Notes: a model not told the origin generated them from the sequence alone. A stretch of 64,000 nt of DNA from Hemiscyllium ocellatum (GCF_020745735.1 NC_083422.1:33914001-33978000), one strand, 5' to 3'; counted from the first letter of the stretch, positions 11,920 to 26,410 are shown. Program-made: numbers and translations.

Positions 11920-12220
11920 CTATATTAATCTCCAATCGATCTTATTAGAGTTCGACTTTGTTTACTTGATTATTGTGCTGGCTGCTGAAAGCTGACTGCG
12001 GAAAGGGCATGGTTAATTGATTGATTGACAGGGGCTGAGCTCTTGTCCTGCTCTGGGCGGCAGGTGTGAGAGCCCTGCACCGTTCTACCACATTAACCTT
12101 TTCATGCTTTCACGGGGTCGCGACACATTACAAATGGTCAGCTTTAATCATTGTGTCAGCTCGTTAACGTGGCGCGCCCTTGCAAACGGCGCTGGATGAT
12201 CAGTCTTCATTCCGCTTTCA
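11920..12220. promoter_or_regulatory. Candidate enhancer/CNE with PBX-HOX and PBX-MEIS composite
   Basis: TGATTGATTGACAG 12018-12031, Fox TGTTTAC 11959-11965, ATCGAT 11935-11940, CAGGTG 12061-12066. Confidence 0.5.
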
Positions 12221-13359
12221 GTCAGGCTTTGGGGCTGCAGCCAGGATTTAAACTACAAACAGAAACTGTAGCTGCCGCAGAAAGTTCCAAACAGAGCGTT
12301 ATTATCCTCCAGGTTCCTAAACATGGTTGCGAGAACTCTCGTTGGAAAATCACACAAACTAGTACAAATGATTTGAAATTATTTGGAACTTCTAGACTGT
12401 GTGATTTGTAATGTTAAACACATTTCGCAAAAACAACGTTTCCATCTTTTCCAGAGCATAACAAAGATTCATTTGCTGCAAGTGTTACCATTGTACCATA
12501 CTCGAGTTGCAACAGTATTGTTCTTAAGTTGTATTAAAAACTAATTGCGCCATATATAAATCCTGGTAATTTAGTTTCCCTTCAAGTTACTCAACTAAAA
12601 TCCAAATCCGTCGCCATATGTGCACAGAAGCAAACATTTCATCATGTGATACATTGCCTACAGCTAAGCTGGGAACCCGTGTTTGAATGGAGTTTGAAGG
12701 TAATAAAGATAAAGCGTGAAATCTACATTGACGTATTAAATAGGCGCATTTTGTGCACCTTAACTATTTAAAAGCCTCTTAAAATGCACGCATCTGCTTA
12801 AAGAGAGTGCTTCAAATCACCTATTTTGAAACGGGTTCGTCCTAAACCCACCTCTGTGGTTTTACGTCCTTAGAGCTTTTGGATATGTTCTTTCCCTGAT
12901 ATTTTCTTTTGTACCCTGGCCAGTGGTAACCTACCTAAACTGAAACTGTTCTGCAATCACCGCGAAAGTATCACGCCTGTTAAGCTTTAAGCACAGATTG
13001 CAGGAGCACAGAAAATTGATTCCTCCCTCCCCACCCCCAAAAAAGTATAGGGGATGTCAGGCGCGTATTGTTGCTAATGAAAATAGATCTTCAGTGGGTT
13101 TATGCTGCTAGAAAATCGCCTCCTGACCGCCTAGAATATTGCAAAGGTTCCACCTGCAGTGACAGATGAAGTCATAAACAAGTTTGATCTGCGAATCAAG
13201 CTTCGATAAATATTAAACACAGTCCTTTTACACGTGTGTATTATGATGTATGGCGCGTCGAACTTTAAAATAAGGAAATTACCGAAGAAAATGATATCAA
13301 TAAATTTTCTAAGTATAAACGTTGATTATGTTTCGATTTTCATTCAAAAGCTTGCTGTT

Positions 13360-13640
13360 CCTGGTACAAATGACATCTCACAACGGGCTGCAGAAAGCCT
13401 CCCTATTCCACGGCAGCCTGGAGGTGTACAATTTATGTAATCGGGCCTGGAAAATGAATTGTGTAATTTATTGGAAAACAGAAGTCATCGAGATTAGATC
13501 AGCATAGCCTATCAAAGGGCTACAATCCATCAAGTTCCAATTAACAACCTAAGACGCGTAAACCATAGAGCGTTAATGGGTTTCCAATCTACTGGACTGA
13601 TAGACTCATCAATTCCTCGGGGATGAATTAAGAAAATCGA
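13360..13640. promoter_or_regulatory. Candidate enhancer/CNE (TCF, PBX-HOX and HMX sites)
   Basis: ATCAAAGG 13511-13518, TGATGGAT (minus strand) 13525-13532, CAATTAA 13538-13544. Confidence 0.45.
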
Positions 13641-16600
13641 CCGCCCCGTAGCGTGTAGTGTCATTCTTTTCAGCAACTATATGTCAAATTAAAAACACAA
13701 TTAAAATTTAAACTGTTTCAATCAGAGGTGCCCTGCAACCTATGTTTCACTTAATAGAACTTTGATGAAAATCTGATGGTTACACTCCATCACTGAGGCG
13801 AATGGGACTCGGAGGTGCAACGGATTCTTTAAAGTGCGTTTCTAAAAAAAATAATAGATCCGGGTGTTGCTCAATAGGGCTCAAGTCTCACTCCAGGTAG
13901 AACAAGGTGCTAGTTCCCAACTGAGCAGTAGATACTTGGGGGCCGGTATTTATTTTGTCTATCTAATGATGTTGTTGTGCAGCACTTAAAAAATTGAGTG
14001 TGAATCCCGGTTAATTACTGAGTCAACCTATTTGAGAGATGCCTTTACAAGAGACAAAAATACGTCCAGCGAATGAAGACATTCAGCTGAACTGCATTCT
14101 GACTTTGCTTGTTACCAATATGATGAGTCTAACAATATAGCGAGTGTTCAGAGAGCAAGTTTGAAGGCATCCTGGTATCATGTGCTAATTTTGACTCCTT
14201 TTTACCCCTCGTTGCTGACAACCCAAGGTCACAAGATTCCAAGAGCATACGATGAACAATGCAGCTCATTGAAACAATATTTTACAGACATTTTGCGATC
14301 AATACGTACTAAAGCATAATGCTATGCCAATCTATTAATGCTCTTTAATGGCCCCTCGCAGAGCTTGCATCGTCCAAGTCGATACAGGAACGTGATTATC
14401 TCCGAGGTACGTTTGCAACTCGTCCCCATTTTGATCAAATAAACACATTTTACGTACAAATAAAGTTTGCAACCAAACATACTGACCTATCAGATGCGAC
14501 CGATTTGCCCCCGGAAAGTTACTAAGTACAATTGAGAGTCAGGTACAGATTAATGCCGCAGTTAAACAGATATTTTGGACAGTTCGACGCAAATTAGTGC
14601 AGTTGTTAAACTGTAAAATAGCCGCAGGCTGCCGAAGCTGAATTGAGCTCAGCACAAATGGTCTGCACGGTGGTTCTGAAGCCTGTTCTGGGGGAGTGAT
14701 GGAAAGGTTATATCTGTTTGGAATGATTGCAGTGTTGGCTATACAAAAGTTCCCTGTATTTTGCACCAAATAAAAAAAAATACATGTGTGTGTAAGGTAC
14801 AAACATGACAGCGGCATATCTGCAGCCATGTTTACTGAAATGAACAGGAATGATTAAACAAATGCAGAGATTTGGAGACCGGGACGTTTAAGTGCAATGC
14901 AGGGACTGTTCACATTCATGATGAACCTTTGTACATATTGTGCCTCTGATTTCTGACAAACCACTTTGTGTAACAAAAGCGATCCTTTCTCTGTATGCAA
15001 GCCAATGTTTTGAAAACACGACTTTAAAACATAACTGTTGTTCATATTTATCATAAATATATAACTTACATTTTTTTCTATTATAATGATGGTTGTGTAA
15101 ATCCTGCTTAAGTAATTACTCACAACCATTAAACAAGCTTCAAACACTCATGTTCTATTAGAAATAAAGTTCTGCCGAATAACGGAAGGAAGTGTTCATA
15201 TGAAAACGGTTCTTGGATTACTATATAATGGTGTAAAAGCTTCTTTGCTGCATGTTTGAGCAAGATAATTTCATCGATGCAGGTTTATGAAAGTGATTTT
15301 CAGAAGGTATTTTACAATACAATTTTCACTCAACAGTAGCTGTCTGCCGATTAATGTAGGCGTCGAGTGAGAAAATTATTTATGTAGGGGGATGGATGAG
15401 GAGTAACGTTGGTGGCTAAGATAACTCTGATGGGAAGCTATCTATAACAAAAGCCAAAAAGATGAATGAAAGAAAGACCTTAACAAGAAATAAGTCTACA
15501 TCTTTTTGTCAAATGTTTTCTTTGGATCAGTAACATTGTAGTGCTAATGATATAAGAACAAGAGTGGAAACAAATTGACAATTTTTTTAACCGGAACTTT
15601 GATAATTTGAAGAAATTCCAATCTACTGTTGTAAATAAAACCTGGAAAACTGAAACGTGTCTGAGCAGACAGAACTTAGTAACAGTGAAGAGACAAAATT
15701 GCCAAATTATTGCGAGAGTAATTTTGATTGTTGCAAGCGTAAATCTTCCATATGGAATTATAGTTAATTGGTTTAGCTCTATTTAAAATAATCGCATGAT
15801 CAAAACTGTGATTGTATTTCATTATATTACAATATTGTCTTAATTAAGAAACAGATCGTAGTTCTGTGTAAATACAGAATTTAATGAAAGAGGGAGCGTG
15901 GAGCGAATCACACAAAGACAAAAAAAAATCCAACATCGTGTTTTAATCCTTTATTTTTTTTGTGAAGTTGAATTGATTATTGGCGTGAAGCAGGTTCCTA
16001 CAGGTTGGCAATGATTCGGTAGAACACCATTATTGTATCAGTAAAGCAACATCTGTAACAGGGTACCACGCCTTTCTCGTACAAGAGCGTCTGTTAGAAA
16101 ATGCTCTACAACTTGATCAATTTTAAAATGCTGTCAACGGGCAAAATATTAAGTATAACCTTGTTTTTATCGGCCAGTTCTTGACAGAGTTTAAGATTAG
16201 GTTGGGCTAGGTACTTTTACGACATTCAATACAAAGTAAAAGTACTTTTGCATATTTGCAGTCGCTATTTTCTGTTGATTAAACGGTTGTGTGTTTGCTG
16301 TATAAACGTCCTAAAAAGTTCATGCTGACACTGTTGTCATAAAGTTAGTATCGCCAACAATACAAGACCCAATTTTTGTTATTACTGCACACAAGGAGCG
16401 ACATATTTTGGCTTCTGTGTTATGTTTATTTTCAGCCACGATGCATAACAAATTAAAACACAATCAAAGGCGCAGAGCTTCCTATTAGCGCCCTGGCACT
16501 TGTGAATCATCTGACAGCTCTGTTGACAGCTTTCACGCGAAAGACCAACAGCAATGTTATCTGAAAATCAGAACATGATGCTGCTGGTTTCTTGGATGTC

Positions 16601-17584
16601 AACCATAAAAATGCACACGGAATAACCTCGAGTTGTTCATCTGTAAAGGACTTTAACTGTGACCTTCTCTAAAAATGGGAATGGTTGAAATATATTTTCA
16701 GTATACCGGCACATATCTATGCGTTCAGTGGTTTAGTAAACGCAGTTGGTCTGTACTTGATCTAGCAATGGCATTTGAATAGAATAAAGCTCTCATATAA
16801 AAGTCCTCGTACATGTAGCAGCTTCATTTAATAATAACGAACTGTCATTTAGCATAAAGCTTTATTATTTAATTATTAAATAGATCCCTATCCCTGTGTG
16901 TACAACCACTTACCAGGTGAGGTGCTCTGTAACTGACCCCGCCAGCTACTGCGAAATATGTCTACAGTTTATACATGTAAGTGTAAATAGTCTCAGCGCA
17001 GCAAACCCTTGGCGAATCAATTAATCCTTCCAATATTCTTCACTGTCAATTAAGGGGACTTTTGAAAAATAAAGTTTATATCGTTTGCACAGCAGTTTCC
17101 TAACTTGTTAGTTTAATTAAACACTGTCTGAGGTTTCAATGCTATATCGCCGTTGAAGGAGACTTCAGCCGAGATCGTATTGCTAAATGTGGCTCACCAA
17201 ATAAACAAGAACCTCAATACATTGAACACGAAATGAAATACACCTTATATCACATAATAGTTGACTAAGAATGCTTCAATAATTGTATAAAAGCTGAGGT
17301 AGGGTTTCTTTTTGCCGGGTAGAATAACGTATCCCCAGATTAGGTACACATCATCCAAAATATCAATCCAGCTCGATTTCCCGCTAAGTAATTGTGCCCG
17401 CAAGTATGGACGTCATGAGATTTTACACTTTTCAACTGATGATGTTTTGGTATTTGCAAATATCGTGTCGTTTTTGGCCGCAAGTGTTGTTATTCATACT
17501 TTATTAGCAAAACAGTAGTTTCCCTGTTTCTTGAGTTAATGGTTGTATGAAACTACACATTTGAGTAACAAAGACTGCTTACAT

Positions 17585-17590
17585 TTTATT
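17585..17590 (-). terminator. Probable HMX3 polyadenylation signal AATAAA (alternative at 17651-17656)
   Basis: AATAAA on the minus strand ~750 nt after the stop, followed by GU/U-rich sequence. Confidence 0.45.
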
Positions 17591-18341
17591 TTTGTTCACA
17601 ACAAGTCTGTTCAACAAAATTCGCCATTACAATATCAAAAACGCAAGTATTTTATTTCTTTTTTTGTCTAAAACATACAGAACACCAATTATTCTCGCAG
17701 TATCTTACATCTGGTGAAATAATCAGAAATAATAAACAGAACAGTATTATTTGAAAAAATTTAGAAATTTTTATCTTTTGACCTCTGTCAATAAATTTAC
17801 AATCCAAGCAAATTAATATACGTTGTCACGATACATTCATTAAATAAATAAAAAGAACCTTAAATATTTTTTTGATTGTCCTTCAGTTAAAGCGCCTTGA
17901 CATTAGAAACTTGATAGCGTCCAGAGTCGCTACTCGTCACACGTTCTTCCAGTTTAGACCAATGTATATTGGGTTTCAACTTGCAATGATTTTCTTTAAA
18001 CTCTAAAACAGTGCTTTAACTTCTATTGTACAATATTGCACAGATACGTGAAACCATAATAAGGAACAACATTTTCACCACTCCTTTTAAGTACTTACAA
18101 AAAAAGACATTTACAGCAGATCGTCTCAAAACTACATGGCTTAATCTTACAAAACGGAATTGGTCAAATAAAACGAGGATAAATTGATAAACCCAGAGTA
18201 GCCTTTAAAGGGGTACAGCTGAAGCTGGAGGATGTGAGCAATGTAGACATTTACAGCTGGTCTTCTTGTGGTTCGTTGCTTCAAAACTATTAGGTCTAAT
18301 CTTACAAAAAAGGTAATAACAAGATAAATATTAAAATAAAA

Positions 18342-18971
<630 letters not shown>

Positions 18972-19040
18972 TTAGACACGCTGCAGACCAAAGGCGATTA
19001 GGAAGCTGGGGCATCAGAAAGGTGCTTAAAGATCACTTAC

Positions 19041-19335
19041 CTTCAGTCCGTGGGAGATGCACCCCTGATGTGAGTGTACAGGGATACCACCAGGCGGGGG
19101 ACCTCTCGAGATAGTGCGCCGGCAGCGCAAACCTCTGAGCTGGGAGTTCAAACCTGGGGAAGCCGGGCTCCCTGCAGTGAGGTAAGGAGAAAGTCGCGCC
19201 CTCGACCACCCCTTTCACGGTCGACAGCAAAGTCTTAGGCTTTGACGGCTTTCGATCACAGTTCAGCAGGTTTTTGATGGAGAAGGAGGACTCTTTAGGC
19301 GCGATGGGACTCTCCTGCGCTGCTGTCTCAGGCAT
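19041..19335 (-). CDS. HMX3: Homeobox protein HMX3, coding exon 1 (eh1 motif)
   Basis: GCCATG at 19335 (MPET), eh1 [37 protein letters not shown]. Donor AAG|GTAAGT at 19041/19040 is phase 1. Spliced CDS is 900 nt, 299 aa. Confidence 0.96.
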
Positions 19336-19659
19336 GGCCGCCTGACTCCGGGCAGACACTTGCAGGCACCGTGCGGAGGCTCGGGCAAGAAAGCGAACCG
19401 CGTTGTTCAGAATCCCGTGAGTTCAGCAAAACGCACCAAACTTTTGCATGTGGGGACAGTGGAACTCCACAGCAATTTGCAACAGAGTCGGAGGCATTCA
19501 GCCTCAATCTGGCGCCAGATGATAATGATGAAATAAAAATGTCATACAAGTTAAATGCAGAAAGTATACGGCGATTGGGCACGCACAATGGCAAATAGGA
19601 TTACCGAAGGAAAAAAAAAGAATGGCATGTAATGAGTCCACCTCCCTATACTTTGCGCT

Positions 19660-19815
19660 TCGCTTAAGGCTATAAGAGCTCGCCTGTTATTGGCTTTATA
19701 TAGTCCAATTAGGCAGCAAATGAGGACGAGACTAATACCACAAAAGAAACTCGTCCTGTAAACCACCACTAGACGAGCAGTAGGCAAATGACTTACTCCT
19801 GTCCATTGGCACAAA
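19660..19815 (-). promoter_or_regulatory. Putative HMX3 core promoter (TATA plus CCAAT)
   Basis: Minus-strand TATATAAA 19702-19695 flanked by CCAAT/ATTGG at 19689-19693 and 19705-19709. Confidence 0.45.
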
Positions 19816-20391
19816 ACGCTGCTTCATTTCCATCTGGAGGGGAAATTTGTTTAAAGTGCCCAGGCTTTTCCTCCTCTGTCACTTTGAGCGCCTCAAGCCT
19901 TGGTTTGTGCCCATTGTGGCAGTGCATTTTACAACGGGAAAGCAAAACAGCCTGGTTTCTATGAATCGGTTACTTTCCAGGCTTTGTCTTTATTTAAAGT
20001 CCAGGTTCTATCTTGGCTGGATGGTGTAATAACAGCAAATAAAGCTACTCCGCCTTTGAAGCAGCCAGATTCGAAAAGAGATGTAGGCAGTATTCCATGC
20101 GGCTTTGAACAGAGACGTTCAGTTTGTGAGGTTTTCGTGATAAAGTGTTATATGCCAGGGATATATGGCACATTAAAACGCGATTTTATGAAGTGTAGCA
20201 CTGCAAGAAATAGCAATAATTTTATTATGGAAGCAAGCCCAATTTGTATATGAAGATTTATAAGTAGAACCGATATGCTATGACCTCAGATTTAAGCAGG
20301 ATTTCGCATATGTCACTTTAATGTTACACTGTATTTCTCATGAGTTCATTTAATAGAGACAAACCATTTTCACTGTTTGCCTGACTTTAAC

Positions 20392-20442
20392 CCCCAGTTC
20401 CACCCCCCACCCCCCACCACACACACACACACACACACACAC
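20392..20442. repeat. C-tracts followed by (CA)n microsatellite
   Basis: Read directly from the sequence. Confidence 0.9.
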
Positions 20443-23400
20443 CAAAGTCTCGAACTGCTTGTGCACATATGCTTCCTAAAATACACGCAGAAAGGACTCT
20501 AATATTTTTCATGTATTATTTTTTGGCAAAGCTTATAACCCAATGGAAACACATACAAAAATGTTACAGCGCTAATTTATCAGGAGAGCTGAAGAAGGTG
20601 ACATATTTTGTCAGTAAACGAGAACAATTTTATATTAAGCTACCACTTAGATATAGCACTTGGTTTGGGTAAATGTCAACCGAGGACTGCCTGTTTTGAT
20701 TATTATTATTCTAATTTATACCGCTGCAAATCTCACGACAGATCTTTTATTCTACACAGCGCGCCAGCTCAGTTTGGTTAACGACATAACTGGGTGTTGC
20801 ATGGGAATTCGGTTGTATTTGCTTTGAAAGCTTTAATTAAGGTTTTATTTTAGTTTATCTATATTTTCATATTACAAATGCGTTTCCTTTACATTAACCG
20901 TGAATACAGCACAGTGTTTGTATGACTTAGGTATTTACATAATGTTCCAGAACTGTAAGCGGATATATGTCGTCAATTTGCAGTTTGGCCCGACAGCGCA
21001 TAATAGACAATGATTACTACAGCCCAGCTCTTATCTATAATTCAGATAAGTTATAGCACTGAGAAACATGCCAACACATTTGGATGGGTGTGCGTTGAAA
21101 TTGAAATACCCATCATCATTCCCTGTATATAATTTGCAACCTGCGGCCTTAGCTGTTTACCCAATGATACATTTCGTTTCATTCGGCTGAATGATAATGT
21201 GCACACCTTAGTGCCATTCCACTGGTTACTAGGCTGCATCGTACTATAAACGACCAGGCTAGTATACCAGGTATTTGCCGTTGACTCTTATGTTTAATTA
21301 CTGGCATCTACAACTCGACAACGTTTTATCTTTCAGCACCTATTACAATTACATTATTGTCCATTCTGATAGACGCAAATTAAGCAATTCTACGCGCCTT
21401 GACACCCAGAAAACATTTAGTCAAATCTATGGGGAAAATGAATCATGGGTGCATCACTTTATATATAAAAATACATGTTAACGATTATGCAGGGCAGTAA
21501 AGGTAGCTGTTGCAAAGATAATTACAACTACAATACATTTCCCCACGGGCTGCAGAGTAATTCATGATTTGCATTTGCAATTAATTTGTCTTTCAAAAAG
21601 AGAATCACCTGCACGCACAGAAGGATTGTCGTGTTTATACTCATTATAAAAGGGACTGGACTTACTTCTAAAGTTCGAACCTCATTACGCCAACGCTATA
21701 AAGCTCCTTTGTTCTACAATGTTACATATTTGCCTGCGAACTGAAATATAGTCAAGGAGACTGAGCACGATTGTTTGGAAGATTATTTGCAAGGCGGTGT
21801 GGCGGGGTGAGGGGAGGGGAAGGTGGAGATGAGGGGTGGCAAACCAGTTAGTTAGTTAAAAGCACCTACTGAATGATCATACACACTGTAATATCCATAG
21901 ACACTCAAATGGAAAACAAGACATGTTTTCTAACTGTTTCAAACAAATCTAAAATGGGCCATCAAACGGGACATGCAATAGATGAAGTTGGAGAACAATG
22001 AACCAAATAATGTTCGAAATGGGATTGTGACTTCTTTCAAATGAAACGTGAATATGTTTGGGGTTTCTTCTGATTGATGCCAACACCGCAGTTCCTCATT
22101 CAAACCCCGGCCAGTGACACCACTCCCAGAAAGGTTTGACATCAAAACATGAATCTCAGTTTGTGTAGGCACATGCGGACAACGTGCGCAGATATTCTTT
22201 CGAATCCGCCGTGTGACAGATTTAGCCTTTGTTATCCTTTGGGAACTTTTTCATCGTCTCTTTATATTATAGTTGAATTAATATTCATGTTGATAGGAAC
22301 TGGATAGGATGCAACACCATTAATTACATTAACAACAATGCGCGGCAGGGTTAGGGTAATTGATACAATTATGTGGAATAACCAGTAATAATGAAACTAA
22401 AATCGGAATGCCCTTATGTGTAACGAATGCTATAATTTCTTTAACAATTACCAGATTTTGCAAACCAACAGGCGAGTGTAGTTTAAGGCTTTAAGTGGGT
22501 CCAGCAACTTTAATACATTTGAAATGCTCAAGATCGTTTTAAAATCCTATTCTTATCATATTCACCCACATCATCTAGGCCTCGCTTTCTTAGATTTCAT
22601 GTCCCCATTGTTCATCATGTCTTTTATTACTTTAAATCTCTTATTAGTGAATTGTTTTACCAGTTATTTGGAACAGTGCTGCGATATCAGATGGTACAAG
22701 TCGAGTATACAATAACTATTTTACACTTTCAAACATAATAATTACAACAGAAAGTCTCTCTTTGTCAGTTTGGCATTGATAAACAGATTAACAGCGATGT
22801 AAACAGTACCTTTGAAGATGCATGTATATATTATTATAGATTGATGTTTGAGAGAAAAGGTTGCTCTCAAGGGATAGGTAAATGTTTATGTATGATACCT
22901 AGAATCACCCACACTCCTGGATTTATTTTAACGTTCAATGTAGGAACTCTCTGTACTTTTCTTCCGCTATATATTGTTTTTCGGAATTCATTCCCTTCCT
23001 CATTTACTGAAGTAGTATTTAATATAAGGATAACACAAAGTTCCCAAAATCACACTAAAGTCTTCTATTTGAAAATAATGGTTTGTAAGTGTTGCTGACG
23101 AAGCCACAATAAGTTCGCATGTAGACCAAAATTCTGCAATCACACGTGTACTGCAACCAAAAAGTTAAACAAATCATACAGGGACTTCTCCAAGAACTTG
23201 GACGAACGTTTGAGGGTTAGGTATAACATCGTGAACAGTATCAAACTAAATGAACGGAATATTTATTATTAAATGTTATGCACATATTACAACAGTACTC
23301 AATCCCTAAATTAGACAACAATGCTTAAAAGCACCACTAACAAACTTTGATTCGACTTCTTTTTGAGTGCGGCAATTAGCGGTTAGAACAAACTATTAGA

Positions 23401-26344
23401 CATCTAAATTGGACAATGTGTTTCTTTTTACACGTCCCAGCTTATTAATTACATGACTTTCACTAAAGGAATGCATTGTTCTCTCTGATGCTGCTTGGAG
23501 ATCACCTTCGTCCCTCTATTGTGTTACAGACTGATTTTTTTTGTTGTTGCTAATCATTTCCCTTCAGGTTATGGGAAGATAGATCAGAGAGGTACACCTT
23601 TCGAGGTCTTAAAACAACCCCTAAGGAGGAGACATCAGAAACCGCGAACATGTCCATCAGGGCAGTCAATCTCTCTGACAGCAGATACTTATCATCAGGG
23701 AGCTCCTTTGTAATATGAAGTCTTGAAACAAGAGATAAACGAGCTGCTTGATACTTTAGGTGTTGGCCCTGAATGTGGAAGACTTATATCGTTTTAGAGA
23801 ATGATTCTTTTTTCCCTCTTACTTTTCAGTTTCTTTTTAAAGAGATGACAATCATGTCAGTAGATAGAAACAGAAGTAAGCCAAGGGCAATTAACCTTTT
23901 GTCTGCTGCAGTAAGAGCAGTGAGAGTTGGAAACCACACCTCACAATCCTATTTTTCTTCGGTGTCGTGTGAGCAGGGTTATCTCGGCGAAACTCTGCCC
24001 GTTTGGCATAATCGTTCTTTCATGACTGGGGATAACTTACTTACTGTGGCTGGAAACAGACCAGCCTGGCAGGGAAGTATACCATTGGTTCTCGGAGTTT
24101 AAAGTTATGTTATGAATGTTAAACCCTTAACTTTCCTCATCTGGTTGATGAAGCCATTCACAAGGGTTGTGTTCAGGAACAAGTGCCGTCACTTTTGACG
24201 AAGAAATACGGCAGATGGGAGTGTATAAACGATTCACAATTAACACAGGGTTCTGCGCTGATCGCTGCCTGTACAGCACCCCCTGTTGATAAATATGATC
24301 TGTATCACTATACTGCAAGCACTTTACAGGTCAACGGCATGCATTTTGCTATTCTATTTGGAACAGCAAAACCTGGTGTAAATTCTTTCATTTTCGGGAA
24401 CTAAAATAATAAAAAACACGCCTGGCAGTAACCGACAGAAAACTTTGTGTAAATCTGCAAAAGCTGAATTTATTATACTGGATTTGCCATTTCCGAGGGA
24501 TCACTGTGTTGGACTTGTTTTCTTTATATAAATCTAGTTCTTAATCTAGTCAGGGTTAATTCCAAGACTCTAGACGAGCCGGAGCAGTGTGAATTTGGGA
24601 CTGATTTGCATGGAGCACATAATTCTAATGGATTCTTAACAACGTGTATGCGAATTGACGATATCGATTCAAAGCGATCTCGATGGAAATTGAAGTCCTG
24701 TTTTCAGCTCAGCACTAACAATGAACGAAAAGGAGATACCCGTATTGCTAAACTTGTGAATCGTTACAAACGCTCAGGATGAAAAGAGGGAGTGAAATTA
24801 GAAACCCTTCTTTATAATTCCTCTAATGAAATGTTAGCTACTCCAGATTGTTTTAAAGCAGGTGTCAGGAAATTACTTACAAAAAAAGAGAAGGCTCTTC
24901 AGATTTTAAGTTCAGAACCCTATAACCTGTTTTTAACATAATGGTTATGAAAGGTAGATAGGACTCTAGACAAATCCCAAAACGTGAATGTATCATTTAT
25001 CAACCTGCGAAAGAAGTGTCTTTTCAGATACAGTGCAAATGAAATGGTTTGATTTGGGGGTGGAGGTGGGGGTTGTGGAGGGGGGAGGGGGTCAATCAAG
25101 CCCGAATCTGTTCAGAAGGCTTTTAAAACTTAACGTCCCATTTTTCTAAACAAACATATTTGCAAACCTGATAAATGCAGAATTATTTGTTTACACATGT
25201 CCGGATTAAAAACCCACTGGAGAGACAGAGGAGGAAAATCTTCAGTTTACTTGTGCTTTTACTGACTGCTTGAACAGGTTGTTAGAAATCAAACTCCAGC
25301 TGGTGTCAGAAATGAGGAGAAAACACTGCGGATCTGAGCAGAGAAACAGAGACAGTTAGAAACACACAGCAATCCAATCTGGCCGCGGACATTTTACAGT
25401 TGGTTCTGATTTTGATACAATCTGGTTCCATCCTGTATTTACTCAACCACTAGGCACATTAGTAGTTGGTTTTAAATTATGCACACCATATGATTTGCTG
25501 TCTTACACATTGCATTAAAATGCAGAAGTTATTATGATTTAGGTTCAAGGTCTGAACATTACCAAATTGAATATTTTCTTTGCAGATCAGGCATACCAGG
25601 AACCAGGAACTCAACAATGTCTTTCCAAGCCAGTCCTTGTTTCTCTATAATTGTGACAGTGGCGTTTTAGGACTTTGCCAAGACTATTTAACATTTTAAA
25701 GGCTGTAATGTTATTAAATCCGTTGCATAGTGTTGCATGAAAACATCAGGAACACAAATATTGATCTCTCCTGGATTGCCTGGCAATTTAAACATTTAAA
25801 AAAACACGCACACAACTTGCGCACCAAGGTCTTGAAAGAAAAGGCAAAATTGGAATGACATGGATAGTCAACAATAACGTGTCGGCACTTGCACAGTTAA
25901 ATGTGAATGACTCCAACTTTATGCAATATGTATTACCATAATTAGGAACACTTCAGGAATGCTGTCAATATCAATGTCATAGTACCTTTATTGGCAAAAG
26001 GCAATATGCGACCAAAACAATTTTGAGGTTGTGTGAATTATTAAATATTATTGCATTATCGCGCTCGGTCATGATGAATGCTCCAAGTGAAAGCTTTGAA
26101 TCATGACACAATGGGGGAATGAGTAACAGAGAAAATGCTAACCTCGCCACGATTCTAAATAATTTATCCAAACCAAAGTTCGGCAGCTCAGTAGCATCTA
26201 ATATTGGAGTCGCCGTTCATTATTAAGACCACAGGCAAACAATTCAGATTTTGTCAGAGTGATAACATGAGATTTGTTCATTTGGCGTTGATACCCCAAC
26301 AGATCGCTCCGCCCAACAACCGTAAAGGGACGCAGACGCTGTGA

Positions 26345-26410
26345 CAAAAACCGAAATTGCTGGAGAAATTCAACAGGTCTGGCAGCATTTGTGCAGAGGA
26401 AGCAGATTTT
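26345..26410 (-). mobile_element. Short relic of the Penelope-type hammerhead-associated repeat family
   Basis: AAATTGCTGGAGAAATTCAACAGGTCTGGCAGCATTTGTG resembles 28950-28990 and the reverse complement of 33805-33850. Confidence 0.55.

Noticed and set aside
19336-19359. N-terminal extension MSARSQAA of HMX3 in the ORF track
   Set aside because: It starts at GTG. The ATG at 19335 has a good Kozak context and matches the MPE start of orthologues.
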